This document shows, one piece after another, positions 27,011 through 36,806 of a stretch of 64,000 nucleotides of DNA. Position 1 is the stretch's first letter. Each line of letters begins with the position of its first letter. Position numbers and translations under genes: made by a program. The DNA is from Syntrophaceae bacterium (GTDB taxonomy: Bacteria > Desulfobacterota > Syntrophia > Syntrophales > Smithellaceae): NCBI GenBank assembly GCA_009773315.1, contig WRPE01000022.1:3266-67265 (forward strand), written 5' to 3'. Under the pieces are notes generated by a model. That model made no database searches. It was not told the origin of the DNA and saw nothing but the letters and a program-made list of their open reading frames with translations.

Positions 27011-28567
27011 ATGATCACTCATCCAACAGAAGGGAGCCTTTTGCGTATGAAAAAAAAGATTTCTTCTTCCAAAGTATCATCCCGTTCAAAATTTGATCCC
27101 AGTTTCGGCACAGCTACGCAGGCTGTCAAAGCGATTAAATCAGGTATCATCTCCTCACGGGAACTAACCAGACATGTTTTCCGCCGTATTAAGAAGCACA
27201 ATGAAAAAATCAATGCTTTTGTTACCTTGAATGAAGAACAAGCACTGAAGCGCGCCCGCAAGGCGGATGATGCACTTGCTGCCGGAAAAACCTGGGGGCC
27301 ATTGCACGGTCTGCCGATCCTCATCAAAGATCAATTTCCTGCTGCGGGTTTACGAACAACCTGCGGATTTCCGGAACTTGCTGATTATGTTCCCAAAGAA
27401 AACGCAGTGGCTGTGCAGAAGCTCCTTAACGCCGGGGCCGTCATCATCGGCAAGACCAACACACCCATCGGCGCAAGTGATATCCAGACATACAACCCCG
27501 TGGCGGGAACGACCAACAACCCGTGGGATGTGAACCGAACCTCCGGCGGGTCCACCGGAGGCGGAGCGGCCGCGCTGGCTGCCGGCTTAGGCTTTCTTGA
27601 ACTGGGCGCGGATCTGGCCGGATCGATCCGCACCCCATCCAATTTTTGCGGTATTTGCGGCCACAAATCATCGCTTAATCTTGTTTCGGCTCAGGGCGTG
27701 ATCCCGCCCCTGCCGTCGCTGGTGTCGCCCGCCATCAATCTGGCCGGTTTAAACGATCTGGCAGTCATTGGTCCCATGGCGCGCGCGGCGGCGGATTTGA
27801 AGCTTGAGCTTGAAATTCTTGCGGGTCCGGCTCAGGAAGACACGGTGGCTTACCACTGGAGACTTCCAAAACCACGCAAAACCAGGCTGAAGGATTACAA
27901 GATCGGTTACGTAATCAATGATGCTTTCTGTCCGGTGCATCCCGAAGTTCAAAGTATCATCGGCAATACCGTCGACGCCTTACGCAAGGAAGGTGTCAAG
28001 CTCAAAGAGGGATGGCCTGAGGGAATCACCTTTGCCAACGTTTTTGAAACGTATTTCAAGCTGATGGCCGCCTATGTTTCTCAATCACCATTTTTCACCG
28101 ACGATCTGATCAATATGATGAAACTCCTCTACGGCATGCCCTACGGTGAAACACAGCGCCAGTACGCGGAGGGCCTGACCATTTCCCATAAAAACTGGGT
28201 CGCCCTCGGCGTGATAAGGCTTTCCTCGCGGCTGGCCTGGCAGGAGTATTTCAAAACCTTTGACGCGTTTCTGATGCCTGCAAACTGCATTCCGGCCTTT
28301 GCCCACAATCACGATCGAAACTTTTGGGGACGGGTTCTGGAATCGTCGGACGGCCCGCGGTATTACGCCGAAGCCTTCAAGTGGATATCCCCCGCAACGC
28401 TCGCGGGATGCCCGGTGACGTTGATTCCCGCAGGAAAGACAAAAGACGGCCTGCCGGTAGGCATCCAGATCATGGGGCCTTACATGGAAGACGGCACGTC
28501 ACTGGATCTAGCCATGAAAATGGAAGACGTTCTGGGAGGATTTTCGCCACCGCCGGGATTTGAGTAA
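27011..28567 (+). CDS. Amidase-signature family amidase
   Basis: GGSTGGGAAALAAG (GGSSGG-like) and the IGKTN context of the AS family. The start is uncertain; MKKKISS at 27047 is also possible. Confidence 0.85.
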   Translation: MITHPTEGSLLRMKKKISSSKVSSRSKFDPSFGTATQAVKAIKSGIISSRELTRHVFRRIKKHNEKINAFVTLNEEQALKRARKADDALAAGKTWGPLHGLPILIKDQFPAAGLRTTCGFPELADYVPKENAVAVQKLLNAGAVIIGKTNTPIGASDIQTYNPVAGTTNNPWDVNRTSGGSTGGGAAALAAGLGFLELGADLAGSIRTPSNFCGICGHKSSLNLVSAQGVIPPLPSLVSPAINLAGLNDLAVIGPMARAAADLKLELEILAGPAQEDTVAYHWRLPKPRKTRLKDYKIGYVINDAFCPVHPEVQSIIGNTVDALRKEGVKLKEGWPEGITFANVFETYFKLMAAYVSQSPFFTDDLINMMKLLYGMPYGETQRQYAEGLTISHKNWVALGVIRLSSRLAWQEYFKTFDAFLMPANCIPAFAHNHDRNFWGRVLESSDGPRYYAEAFKWISPATLAGCPVTLIPAGKTKDGLPVGIQIMGPYMEDGTSLDLAMKMEDVLGGFSPPPGFE

Positions 28568-28614
28568 AACAGGTATAAAGGCGAAAGGCTGAAGACTGAA
28601 GGACCAGATGTACA

Positions 28615-28697
28615 GAACGGTCTTGTCAGTCGCATAATCTAATGACCTAACCACCTGAAGGTGGCCCGAGGTCACACATGGGTGGTTGAGACCGTTC
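28615..28697 (+). repeat. Structured intergenic element (nested stems) sharing a 37-nt core with 61825-61861
   Basis: Three nested stems: GAACGGTCT (28615-23) with AGACCGTTC (28689-97); TGACCT (28643-48) with AGGTCA (28669-74); CCACC-TGAA-GGTGG (28651-64). It lies between the convergent amidase and carB genes. Confidence 0.6.
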
Positions 28698-28738
28698 CCT
28701 ACTTCTTAACCTTAAATCTTAAGACTTAAAACTATTTT

Positions 28739-31700
28739 CTATTTAATCTCCGCATGATAACTTTGCAGGGATTTTGCCCGGCCATGACCCTGGCGGAAAG
28801 CGGCAATGCCCTTGACCGCGGCCACTGCGGCCGCAACGGTCGTAATGTACGGGATCTTGTATTTGATGGCCGCTTTGCGAATGTAAGAATCATCATATTT
28901 ACTGAGGCGGCCCGCCGGCGTGTTAATCACCAGTTGAATCTCGCCGTTTTTGATCGCGTCCACGATATTGGGCCGTCCTTCATGCATCTTAAAAATCCGT
29001 TCCGAAGCAATGCCGTGATCGGCGAAATATTTATAGGTGCCGTTGGATGCGATGATCTTAAACCCGATATTAGCAAAAGCGCGGGCGACTTCCAGGATGC
29101 CGCTCTTGTCCTTCTCTTCAACCGTGATGAGCACGGTGCCTTCCGCAGGCAGGCTCTGTCCGGTGGCTTCCTGAGCCTTGTAGTAGGCTAGACCGAAAGA
29201 ATCGGCCAGACCCAGCACTTCGCCGGTGGAGCGCATTTCCGGGCCCAGGATCGGATCGACTTCCTGATACATGTTGAAGGGAAAAACGGCTTCCTTGACG
29301 CCGAAATGGCTGAAGACTTTGTTCTTCAGATTCATGTCCTTGAGCTTTTTGCCCAGCATAATCTGCGTAGCGATTCTCGCCATGGAAATATTGCAAATCT
29401 TGGAAACCAGCGGCACGGTGCGCGAGGCGCGGGGGTTGGCTTCCAGAATGTAGACGACGTCGCCTGCGATGGCGTACTGGATATTCATCAAGCCCACCAC
29501 GCCGAATTCAACGGCAATCTTTTTCGTGTATTCAATGATCGTATCGACGTGACGCGCCGGAATGCTGATGGGTGGAATCACGCAGGCGGAATCACCGGAA
29601 TGGATACCGGCCAGCTCGATATGCTCCATCACCGCCGGGACAAAGGCATCCGTGCCGTCGGATATCGCGTCGGCTTCGGCTTCAATGGCGTTTTCCAGAA
29701 ACTTGTCGATCAAAATCGGTCGCTCCGGCGTGACGCCGACAGCGGCATTGACATAACGTCTGAGCATCTCTTCATCATAAACCACTTCCATGCCTCGTCC
29801 GCCCAGCACATAAGAGGGACGCAGCATCAGCGGATAACCGATGCCGGAGGCAATTTTGAGCGCCTGTTCCAAGTTGCTGGCCATGCCGGATTTGGGCATG
29901 GGGATGCCCAGTTTGTCCATCATTTTGCGGAAACGGTCGCGGTCTTCGGCCAGATCGATGGTTTCCGTCGATGTGCCGATAATCTTTACACCTGCTTTGG
30001 CCAGATCGGCCGCGATGTTGAGCGGCGTTTGGCCTCCGAATTGCACAATCACACCTTCTGGTTTTTCCTTTTCGTAAATACTTAAAACATCCTCGACGGT
30101 CAGCGGCTCGAAATACAGTTTGTTGGAGGTGTCATAGTCGGTGGAGACGGTTTCCGGGTTGCAGTTGACCATGATCGATTCGATGCCTTCATCGCGCAGG
30201 GCAAACGCCGCATGCACGCAGCAATAATCAAACTCAATGCCCTGGCCGATGCGATTGGGACCGCCGCCCAGCACCATGATTTTGCGGTTTTTGCTGACGC
30301 TGACTTTGTCCTTCGCGTTGTAGGTGGAATAATAATAAGCCGCGTTTTCCACACCGCTCACCGGCACCGCATCCCAGGCCTCGCAAAACCCTGCGGCCAG
30401 CCTCTGCTTGCGGATGTCTTCTTCTTTTTTGTTCAGAATCTGCGCCAGATAACGGTCGGCAAAGCCGTCTTTCTTGGCCGAAATGAGCAGGTTATCCGGC
30501 AGCTTTTTGCCTTTGTAAGAAAGAATTTTTTCCTCCAGCTGCACCAATTCCTTCATCTGCTCAATAAACCAATTTTTGATGAAAGTCTTCGCGTGCAGGG
30601 CTTCCACTGTAACGCCCTTGCGCAGGGCTTCATACATGATGAATTGTCGTTCGCTGGACGGTTCGCTGATCATTTCCATCAGTTCGTCGAGCGATTTTGT
30701 ATTGAAATCCTTGACGAAACCCAGGCCGTAACGCTTTTTCTCCAGGGAGCGGATGGCCTTTTGCAGCGCCTCCTTATAATTCTTTCCGATACTCATGACT
30801 TCGCCCACGGCGCGCATCTGAGTGCCCAGCTTGTCCTGTGCACCGGGGAATTTTTCAAAATCCCAGCGGGCGAATTTGACCACAACGTAATCGCCCGACG
30901 GCGTGTATTTGTCCAGTGTGCCTTCGCGCCAGTAGGGGATTTCGTCCAGGGTAATACCCGTAGCCAGAATCGATGAAATCAAGGCAATGGGGAAACCGGT
31001 TGCCTTGGAGGCGAGTGCCGACGAGCGCGATGTGCGGGGGTTGATCTCGATGACGACAACGCGATCCGTTTTGGGATCATGCGCGAATTGAACGTTAGTT
31101 CCGCCAATGACCTGAATGGCTTCTACGATGTCATAAGAATATTTTTGCAGACGTTTTTGGAGGTCTTTCGAAATGGTCATCATCGGCGCCGTACAGTAGG
31201 AATCGCCGGTATGGACGCCCATCGCATCGACATTTTCAATAAAGCAGACCGTGATCATATTATTTTTGGCGTCGCGGACGACCTCCAGCTCCAGCTCTTC
31301 CCAGCCGATGACGGATTCTTCAATCAGGATCTGTCCGATGAGGCTTGCCGAAATACCCCGGCTGGCGATGACGCGCAGCTCTTCCAGATTATAAACAATG
31401 CCGCCGCCCGTGCCGCCCATCGTATAGGCAGGTCTGACAACCACCGGATAACCAAGTTTAGCTGCAATTTTTTCCGCCTCCTCCACGGTCAGGGCCGGTT
31501 CGCTTTTGGGCATGTCAATGCCCAGCTTGTTCATGGCTTCCTTGAAAGCGATTCTATCTTCACCACGCTCGATGGCATCCACCTGAACACCGATCACCTC
31601 TACATTGTGTTTCTGTAAAACACCCAGTTTGTAGAGTTCGGATGTCAGGTTCAGGCCGGTCTGGCCGCCCAGATTGGGCAAAATAGCGTCCGGTTTTTCG

Positions 31701-31954
31701 TTTTCAATAATTTCAGTAATCGTCTGAGCATTGAGCGGTTCAATATATGTGACATCGGCCATCCCCGGATCGGTCATAATAGTAGCCGGGTTGGAATTCA
31801 CCAGCACAATTTTATAGCCGAGATTGCGGAGCGCTTTGCATGCCTGCGTTCCCGAATAGTCAAATTCGCAGGCCTGGCCGATGATAATCGGACCGGAACC
31901 AATAATTAAAACTTTCTTAATGTCTTCACGTTTCCCCATTCTGTATCCTTTCAT
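28739..31954 (-). CDS. carB: Carbamoyl-phosphate synthase large subunit
   Basis: 1071 aa with duplicated ATP-grasp halves. KKVLIIGSGPIIIGQACEFDYSGTQA and KIMVLGGGPNRIGQGIEFDYCCVHA. MGS-like C-terminus. Confidence 0.97.
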   Translation of the reverse strand: MKGYRMGKREDIKKVLIIGSGPIIIGQACEFDYSGTQACKALRNLGYKIVLVNSNPATIMTDPGMADVTYIEPLNAQTITEIIENEKPDAILPNLGGQTGLNLTSELYKLGVLQKHNVEVIGVQVDAIERGEDRIAFKEAMNKLGIDMPKSEPALTVEEAEKIAAKLGYPVVVRPAYTMGGTGGGIVYNLEELRVIASRGISASLIGQILIEESVIGWEELELEVVRDAKNNMITVCFIENVDAMGVHTGDSYCTAPMMTISKDLQKRLQKYSYDIVEAIQVIGGTNVQFAHDPKTDRVVVIEINPRTSRSSALASKATGFPIALISSILATGITLDEIPYWREGTLDKYTPSGDYVVVKFARWDFEKFPGAQDKLGTQMRAVGEVMSIGKNYKEALQKAIRSLEKKRYGLGFVKDFNTKSLDELMEMISEPSSERQFIMYEALRKGVTVEALHAKTFIKNWFIEQMKELVQLEEKILSYKGKKLPDNLLISAKKDGFADRYLAQILNKKEEDIRKQRLAAGFCEAWDAVPVSGVENAAYYYSTYNAKDKVSVSKNRKIMVLGGGPNRIGQGIEFDYCCVHAAFALRDEGIESIMVNCNPETVSTDYDTSNKLYFEPLTVEDVLSIYEKEKPEGVIVQFGGQTPLNIAADLAKAGVKIIGTSTETIDLAEDRDRFRKMMDKLGIPMPKSGMASNLEQALKIASGIGYPLMLRPSYVLGGRGMEVVYDEEMLRRYVNAAVGVTPERPILIDKFLENAIEAEADAISDGTDAFVPAVMEHIELAGIHSGDSACVIPPISIPARHVDTIIEYTKKIAVEFGVVGLMNIQYAIAGDVVYILEANPRASRTVPLVSKICNISMARIATQIMLGKKLKDMNLKNKVFSHFGVKEAVFPFNMYQEVDPILGPEMRSTGEVLGLADSFGLAYYKAQEATGQSLPAEGTVLITVEEKDKSGILEVARAFANIGFKIIASNGTYKYFADHGIASERIFKMHEGRPNIVDAIKNGEIQLVINTPAGRLSKYDDSYIRKAAIKYKIPYITTVAAAVAAVKGIAAFRQGHGRAKSLQSYHAEIK

Positions 31955-32001
31955 CTTTTCTTCAGATTTATTTTTTATGTGCTTTTTACAGTGATTCCTT
32001 G

Positions 32002-32427
32002 TTACTTTTTATATTCCGCGTCCACATTAATGGCAATACCGCCGCGCACAGCAAATTCTGCCGTAACCTTGCACCAGCGTGGCTGAAGGGCAGCCACCAG
32101 GTCGTCGAGGATGATATTGGTGACATGTTCGTGAAAGATGTCTTCGTTGCGGAACGACCAAAAGTAGAGCTTCAAAGATTTTGATTCGACGATTTTTTTA
32201 CCGGGAATGTACTGAATTTTAATTTTGGCGAAATCCGGCTGGCCGGTCATCGGGCAGACACAGGTGAATTCTTCGGTGGATAGTGTGACGGTGTAGTTGC
32301 GCTGGTGATGATTGGGAAATGTCTCAAGTTCGCGGACCGGCTTTGCGGTTTTGTTTGAACCCAAGAGCGTGAGATCCGCCATATCCTTTGTTTTTGTGCT
32401 TTTTGCCATGAATTTCCCCTGAATCAT
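32002..32427 (-). CDS. queF: NADPH-dependent 7-cyano-7-deazaguanine reductase (type I QueF)
   Basis: EFTCVCPMTGQPDFAKIKIQYIP catalytic-Cys motif and SLKLYFWSFRNEDIFHE. The start may be MAKSTK (32409). Confidence 0.9.
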   Translation of the reverse strand: MIQGKFMAKSTKTKDMADLTLLGSNKTAKPVRELETFPNHHQRNYTVTLSTEEFTCVCPMTGQPDFAKIKIQYIPGKKIVESKSLKLYFWSFRNEDIFHEHVTNIILDDLVAALQPRWCKVTAEFAVRGGIAINVDAEYKK

Positions 32428-32548
32428 AAGAGTGTTCCTGTTTACCGAAAGTTGTCATTTATTTCAAGTTTATTCGTTTGGCAAAATTTATTCTCATATA
32501 TTATTGATTTTGTGCTAGATTTATAAAAACATTGAGGAGGAACTGACT

Positions 32549-32740
32549 ATGGCCGAAAATAAAGTAACCCTTCCCAAAAATACATGGAAGTGCAGTAATT
32601 GCGGGAATACCATCGTGGAAATTCAACCGCCGGAAGTCTGCCCCATCTGCAAGCAGAAATGCGAGTTTCTGAATGTTACCTGCTACCAGCCGGAATGCGG
32701 CTTCACGGGGATGGACAATCGCTTAAAACCGTCGAAATGA
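32549..32740 (+). CDS. Small rubredoxin-like zinc-ribbon protein
   Basis: 63 aa with a CSNCG...CPICK four-Cys knuckle pair. GGAGG RBS. Confidence 0.6.
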   Translation: MAENKVTLPKNTWKCSNCGNTIVEIQPPEVCPICKQKCEFLNVTCYQPECGFTGMDNRLKPSK

Positions 32741-32749
32741 ATATATGCC

Positions 32750-32771
32750 GTACTTAATCAAGTACTTTTTT
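32750..32771 (+). terminator. Candidate rho-independent terminator
   Basis: GTACTT-AATC-AAGTAC hairpin followed by TTTTTT, directly after the zinc-ribbon gene. The stem is weak and AT-rich. Confidence 0.45.
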
Positions 32772-32783
32772 CTCTGCGTCAAA

Positions 32784-34145
32784 TCAGTTATCCAGTATTG
32801 GTGAAAAAATTTCGCTGAGCGTCGGGTGCGGGATCACCCAGGCATGCAGTTGCTTTCTGGTCCATTCACTGGATACCGCCAGGGCAAGCGGTGAAATGAG
32901 TTCGGCGGCGTGGTCGCCGATGATGACCGCGCCAATCATTTTGTCCTGATGGAAGATAGCCTTAACGAAACCCTGTCCCATCAACTCGGCTCGGGCGATG
33001 ATGTTGGCGCCGTAATTGGATTTAACAATTTCTATATTTAAGCCTTCGTCGTAGGCTCGCCTCTCCGAGTAGCCGACGCGCGCAATTTGTGGATGGCTGT
33101 AAACAACGGATGGAATAAAGTTTTCATTATAGGTAAAATCGCTGCCGCCATACATATTTTCCACGGCAACTTTGGCCTGGCGTGCCGCGCGGTGCGCCAG
33201 CATCATGCCGCCGGTAACATCGCCTACGGCATAAATGCCTCGGACGTTGGTCTGCATATGCTCATCCACTTTGATTCCGCCGTTGACATAATCAATCCCC
33301 AGTTTATTTAACTCCTCCCGATGCAAAAGCGGTTTTCGGCCTGTGCAAAGCAGGGCACATCCGGCGCGCATTTCCATGGTTTCGCTATTTTTTTGCACCT
33401 GCATCACAACACCGCCTATCGATTCTTTGAGGCTGACAAGCTTTGTCGATGTGTGGACGGCAATGCCCAGGCGGGTCAGCTCCTGGCTGAGAAAATCTGC
33501 GGCTTCTTCATCTTCCTGAGGTAAAATGCGATCCAGCAGTTCGACCAGGATGACCTTGACGCCAAGTTCGGCAAACACGGTGGCGTATTCGACGCCGATG
33601 AAACTGCCGCCGACAATGATCATACTTACCGGCAATGTGCTGATATTCAGGATGTCATCCGATGTCAGTATTCGCTCTGAGGTCTGGATCTCTGCAAGGA
33701 CTTGCGGCTGCGACCCCCAGGCGATGACAATGTTATCCGTCGCCATCGACTGACCGTTTCCGGATGAATCCGTATACAGCACTTTGTGGGGGGAGAGCAT
33801 TTCACCCGCGCCTTGTTTTGTTTCCACTTGAGCATCGGTAAGCGCTTTTTGCGCACCCAGCGCGGCAATTTTGACAATCTGTTCTCGATGTTTTTTCATG
33901 GCCGTGAAATCAACGGCCGCATTAGCAATGTTCACGCCGACGCGTTTGAGTTTTTTTAAATCCACATAAAATTTGCTGCATGAAAGCAGCGCTTTGGTGG
34001 GTATGCAGCCGCGATGCGTGCAGGTGCCACCCCAACCGTTTTTTTCGATAATGAGGACTCGTTTTTTCTTTGCCGCCGCCATTTCTGCCGCCGCCAGTCC
34101 TCCCGGCCCCCCGCCAATAACAACCAGATCATACTTATCAGGCAT
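32784..34145 (-). CDS. lpd: Dihydrolipoyl dehydrogenase-like flavoprotein disulfide reductase
   Basis: VVIGGGPGGLAAA FAD motif; GGTCTHRGCIPTK redox disulfide; IVGGSFIGVEYA NAD fold; C-terminal HPTLSE dimerisation motif. Confidence 0.85.
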   Translation of the reverse strand: MPDKYDLVVIGGGPGGLAAAEMAAAKKKRVLIIEKNGWGGTCTHRGCIPTKALLSCSKFYVDLKKLKRVGVNIANAAVDFTAMKKHREQIVKIAALGAQKALTDAQVETKQGAGEMLSPHKVLYTDSSGNGQSMATDNIVIAWGSQPQVLAEIQTSERILTSDDILNISTLPVSMIIVGGSFIGVEYATVFAELGVKVILVELLDRILPQEDEEAADFLSQELTRLGIAVHTSTKLVSLKESIGGVVMQVQKNSETMEMRAGCALLCTGRKPLLHREELNKLGIDYVNGGIKVDEHMQTNVRGIYAVGDVTGGMMLAHRAARQAKVAVENMYGGSDFTYNENFIPSVVYSHPQIARVGYSERRAYDEGLNIEIVKSNYGANIIARAELMGQGFVKAIFHQDKMIGAVIIGDHAAELISPLALAVSSEWTRKQLHAWVIPHPTLSEIFSPILDN

Positions 34146-34271
34146 ACCCGCACCCTCCTTGTTGGAAAACTATTAACACAGGCATTGATGCCAGGCAAAC
34201 GGAAATTCTTGCCGAATTGAATCTTGTCTTACCTGTCAATATCTGGTAGTTCACCAGTTAGGATGGGGTGA

Positions 34272-35603
34272 ATGAAAGATATTCTGACCGTTTCACAACT
34301 AAACGATAATATTAAAACCTTTCTGGAGGAAGCCTTCGGTTCACTCTGGGTGGAAGGTGAAGTTTCCAATTTGCGCCGTCCCCAGTCCGGCCATGTCTAT
34401 TTTACGCTGAAAGACGATAAAAGCCAGATTCGGGCGGTTTATTTTCGCCAGTACGGCGCCCGTGTGGCAAAGTTTGAACTGGAAGACGGCATGAAGCTTC
34501 TGTGCCGGACCCGCCTCAGCGCTTATCCGCCCCGTGGTGAATACCAGCTTATTGTGGAATCGGTCGAACCACAGGGAGTGGGCGCGCTGCAAAAAGCGTT
34601 TGAGCAGCTCAAGGCCAGACTGGCCGCCGAAGGATTATTCGACAAGTCTCACAAAAAGGCGCTGCCTTTTCTGCCTCACCGCATCGGCGTCGTTACGTCG
34701 CCAACGGGCGCCGTAATCCGTGATATTTTAAACATCACCCGCCGACGTTTTCCTTCGGTGGATATTCTAATCGCACCCACCCGGGTGCAGGGAAACGAGG
34801 CGGCAGGTGAAATAATTTCAGCCCTGCGCAGTCTCCATGCATACGGCAAGGTGGATATTATCATTATCGCGCGAGGCGGCGGCTCACTGGAAGATCTCGC
34901 TCCTTTCAATGACGAAGCCCTGGCCAGAGAAATTTTTTGCTCATCCATTCCCATTGTCTCGGCGGTCGGTCACGAAACCGACTTCACGATTTGTGATTTT
35001 GTGGCGGACCTGCGCGCGCCCACACCGTCTGCGGCGGCGGAACTGGCGGTTCCCCAGAGAACCGAATTGCAGGAAAGCCTCTATGACCTGCGGCAGCGGC
35101 TTTTGGTTGCCCAGCGCCGTCATCTTGATGATCAAAAAGGACGGCTCGCTGCCCTGCAGGACCGCTTCAAAGATCCGCGCCGTTTTCTGGTTGATTTCTC
35201 GATTCATCTGGACGATCTGCGCGAAAGAATTCAGCGCTCGCTCGCACAAAGAACCCAGATGATGAATAGCAAATTGCAACATCTGGAACTGGGTCTGCAA
35301 AATCAGAATCCGGGAAAGCTGGTTCGAGAAAAAAGAAGCTTCCTCAATAATTTAGAGAAAGACATCATGAGTGGCTGGAATCGTTATCTCAGGGATCGCG
35401 AAGGGCGGCTGAAGAAAAACGCCGCCCTGCTCAATTCCTTAAATCCACTGGCCGTCTTGCAGAGAGGCTACAGCATCACACGCCGGTTATCAAATGGGGA
35501 AATTGTTCGTGAAGCGCGAGAATTAACCTTGGATGAACGAGTCCGTATTCAACTCGCCTGCGGCGGTATCCAGGCGCGGGTGGAAAGAATCCAAGAGGAG
35601 TAA
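34272..35603 (+). CDS. xseA: Exodeoxyribonuclease VII large subunit
   Basis: The N-terminal OB fold LTVSQLNDNIKTFLEE..VWVEGEVSN, GHVYFTLKD, and GRGGGSLEDL are typical XseA motifs. Confidence 0.93.
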   Translation: MKDILTVSQLNDNIKTFLEEAFGSLWVEGEVSNLRRPQSGHVYFTLKDDKSQIRAVYFRQYGARVAKFELEDGMKLLCRTRLSAYPPRGEYQLIVESVEPQGVGALQKAFEQLKARLAAEGLFDKSHKKALPFLPHRIGVVTSPTGAVIRDILNITRRRFPSVDILIAPTRVQGNEAAGEIISALRSLHAYGKVDIIIIARGGGSLEDLAPFNDEALAREIFCSSIPIVSAVGHETDFTICDFVADLRAPTPSAAAELAVPQRTELQESLYDLRQRLLVAQRRHLDDQKGRLAALQDRFKDPRRFLVDFSIHLDDLRERIQRSLAQRTQMMNSKLQHLELGLQNQNPGKLVREKRSFLNNLEKDIMSGWNRYLRDREGRLKKNAALLNSLNPLAVLQRGYSITRRLSNGEIVREARELTLDERVRIQLACGGIQARVERIQEE

Positions 35604-35664
35604 AAAGTAGCTCATGGTTCATAGCTGATAGCTCAGTCAAAAAAACACACGGGAGTGAAAAGCA

Positions 35665-35901
35665 ATGGCGAAAGAAAAGTTTGAAGACGCTTTGGAAAAA
35701 CTGGAAAATATAGTAAGGGAAATGGAGGCGGGTGAAATGCCACTGGATTCGGCGCTGAAATCTTTTGAAGAAGGCATTCGGCTGATCCGTTTCTGTTGTG
35801 CAAAACTTGAAGATACCCAGCGCCGCGTCGAGCAGCTTCTGGAAAAAGAAAATTCGTTGCAAATGAAAAACTTTCAGGATGAAGACAACGATGAACCATG
35901 A
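35665..35901 (+). CDS. xseB: Exodeoxyribonuclease VII small subunit
   Basis: FEDALEKLENIVREMEAGEMPLDSALKSFEEGIRL, the canonical XseB helix pair. Confidence 0.93.
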   Translation: MAKEKFEDALEKLENIVREMEAGEMPLDSALKSFEEGIRLIRFCCAKLEDTQRRVEQLLEKENSLQMKNFQDEDNDEP

Positions 35902-36790
35902 GGATTTTCTTCAGGCATACTTAAAGGACCGTCAGAACATTGTGGAAGAAGCGCTGCAGCGCTATCTTCCGGATGAAGACAGCGTCCCGCAGGATCTGCA
36001 CACTGCTGTGCGCTACAGTGTGTTTGCGGGCGGTAAAAGAATCCGCCCGATTCTTTGCCTGGCGGCGGCGGAAGCGTGCGGTGGTGATATGGCGCCGGCC
36101 ATCCCGGTGGCCTGCGCGCTGGAATTGATTCACACCTATTCCCTGATTCATGACGATCTGCCGGCCATGGATAATGATGATTTTCGGCGCGGTAAACCCA
36201 CCAGCCATAAAGTTTTCAGCGAAGCCGTGGCGATTCTCGCGGGTGACGCGCTTTTGACGGAGGCCTTTGTGCTGCTGTCACGCGCGGAAAAAGTCCGGCT
36301 GGCTGCAGAAAGGCGTCTGGCCGTCATTCAGGAGATTGCGTCTGCCGCGGGCATTGCAGGAATGGTCGGGGGGCAGGCGCTGGATATCCGGGCGGTAAAA
36401 ATCCAGCCGGATTTCACGGGGCTTACAGACATTCACCGGCGCAAAACCGGTGCGCTAATTGTGGCAGCGGTCAAATCCGGCGCGATTCTGGCGGGTGCAA
36501 GCGACGAGAAGATTCAGGCGCTGGGTGTTTACGGCAGTCATATCGGCATCGCTTTTCAGATTGCCGACGATATTCTCAATGTGGAAGGCGATAGCATGCG
36601 CATGGGCAAAAAAACCGGCAGCGATGCGGCCCTGGGCAAAGTCACCTACCCGTCGCTCCTGGGTCTTGAGGTGGCAAGAGCAAAACTGGCCGAACATACA
36701 GAGGCGGCTCTTGCCGGCATCGCGGCTTTTGATTCACGTGCACTGCCGCTCAGAGTCATCGCCCACTATATCATGGAAAGAAAGTCTTAA
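35879..36790 (+). CDS. ispA: Farnesyl/geranyl diphosphate synthase (polyprenyl synthetase)
   Basis: LIHDDLPAMDNDDFRRGKPT (first DDxxD motif) and FQIADDILN (second). ATG 35891 is an alternative start. Confidence 0.92.
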   Translation: MKTTMNHEDFLQAYLKDRQNIVEEALQRYLPDEDSVPQDLHTAVRYSVFAGGKRIRPILCLAAAEACGGDMAPAIPVACALELIHTYSLIHDDLPAMDNDDFRRGKPTSHKVFSEAVAILAGDALLTEAFVLLSRAEKVRLAAERRLAVIQEIASAAGIAGMVGGQALDIRAVKIQPDFTGLTDIHRRKTGALIVAAVKSGAILAGASDEKIQALGVYGSHIGIAFQIADDILNVEGDSMRMGKKTGSDAALGKVTYPSLLGLEVARAKLAEHTEAALAGIAAFDSRALPLRVIAHYIMERKS

Positions 36791-36806
36791 AGGATTATAA
36801 AGGCCA

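Noticed and set aside
29306-30976. Two long plus-strand ORFs (259 aa and 254 aa)
   Set aside because: Both are antisense to carB and are shadow ORFs.
32428-32548. Possible preQ1 riboswitch upstream of queF
   Set aside because: The minus-strand leader lacks the small hairpin plus the CCC...A-rich tail (AAAAAACTA-like) of preQ1-I. Nothing recognisable is present.
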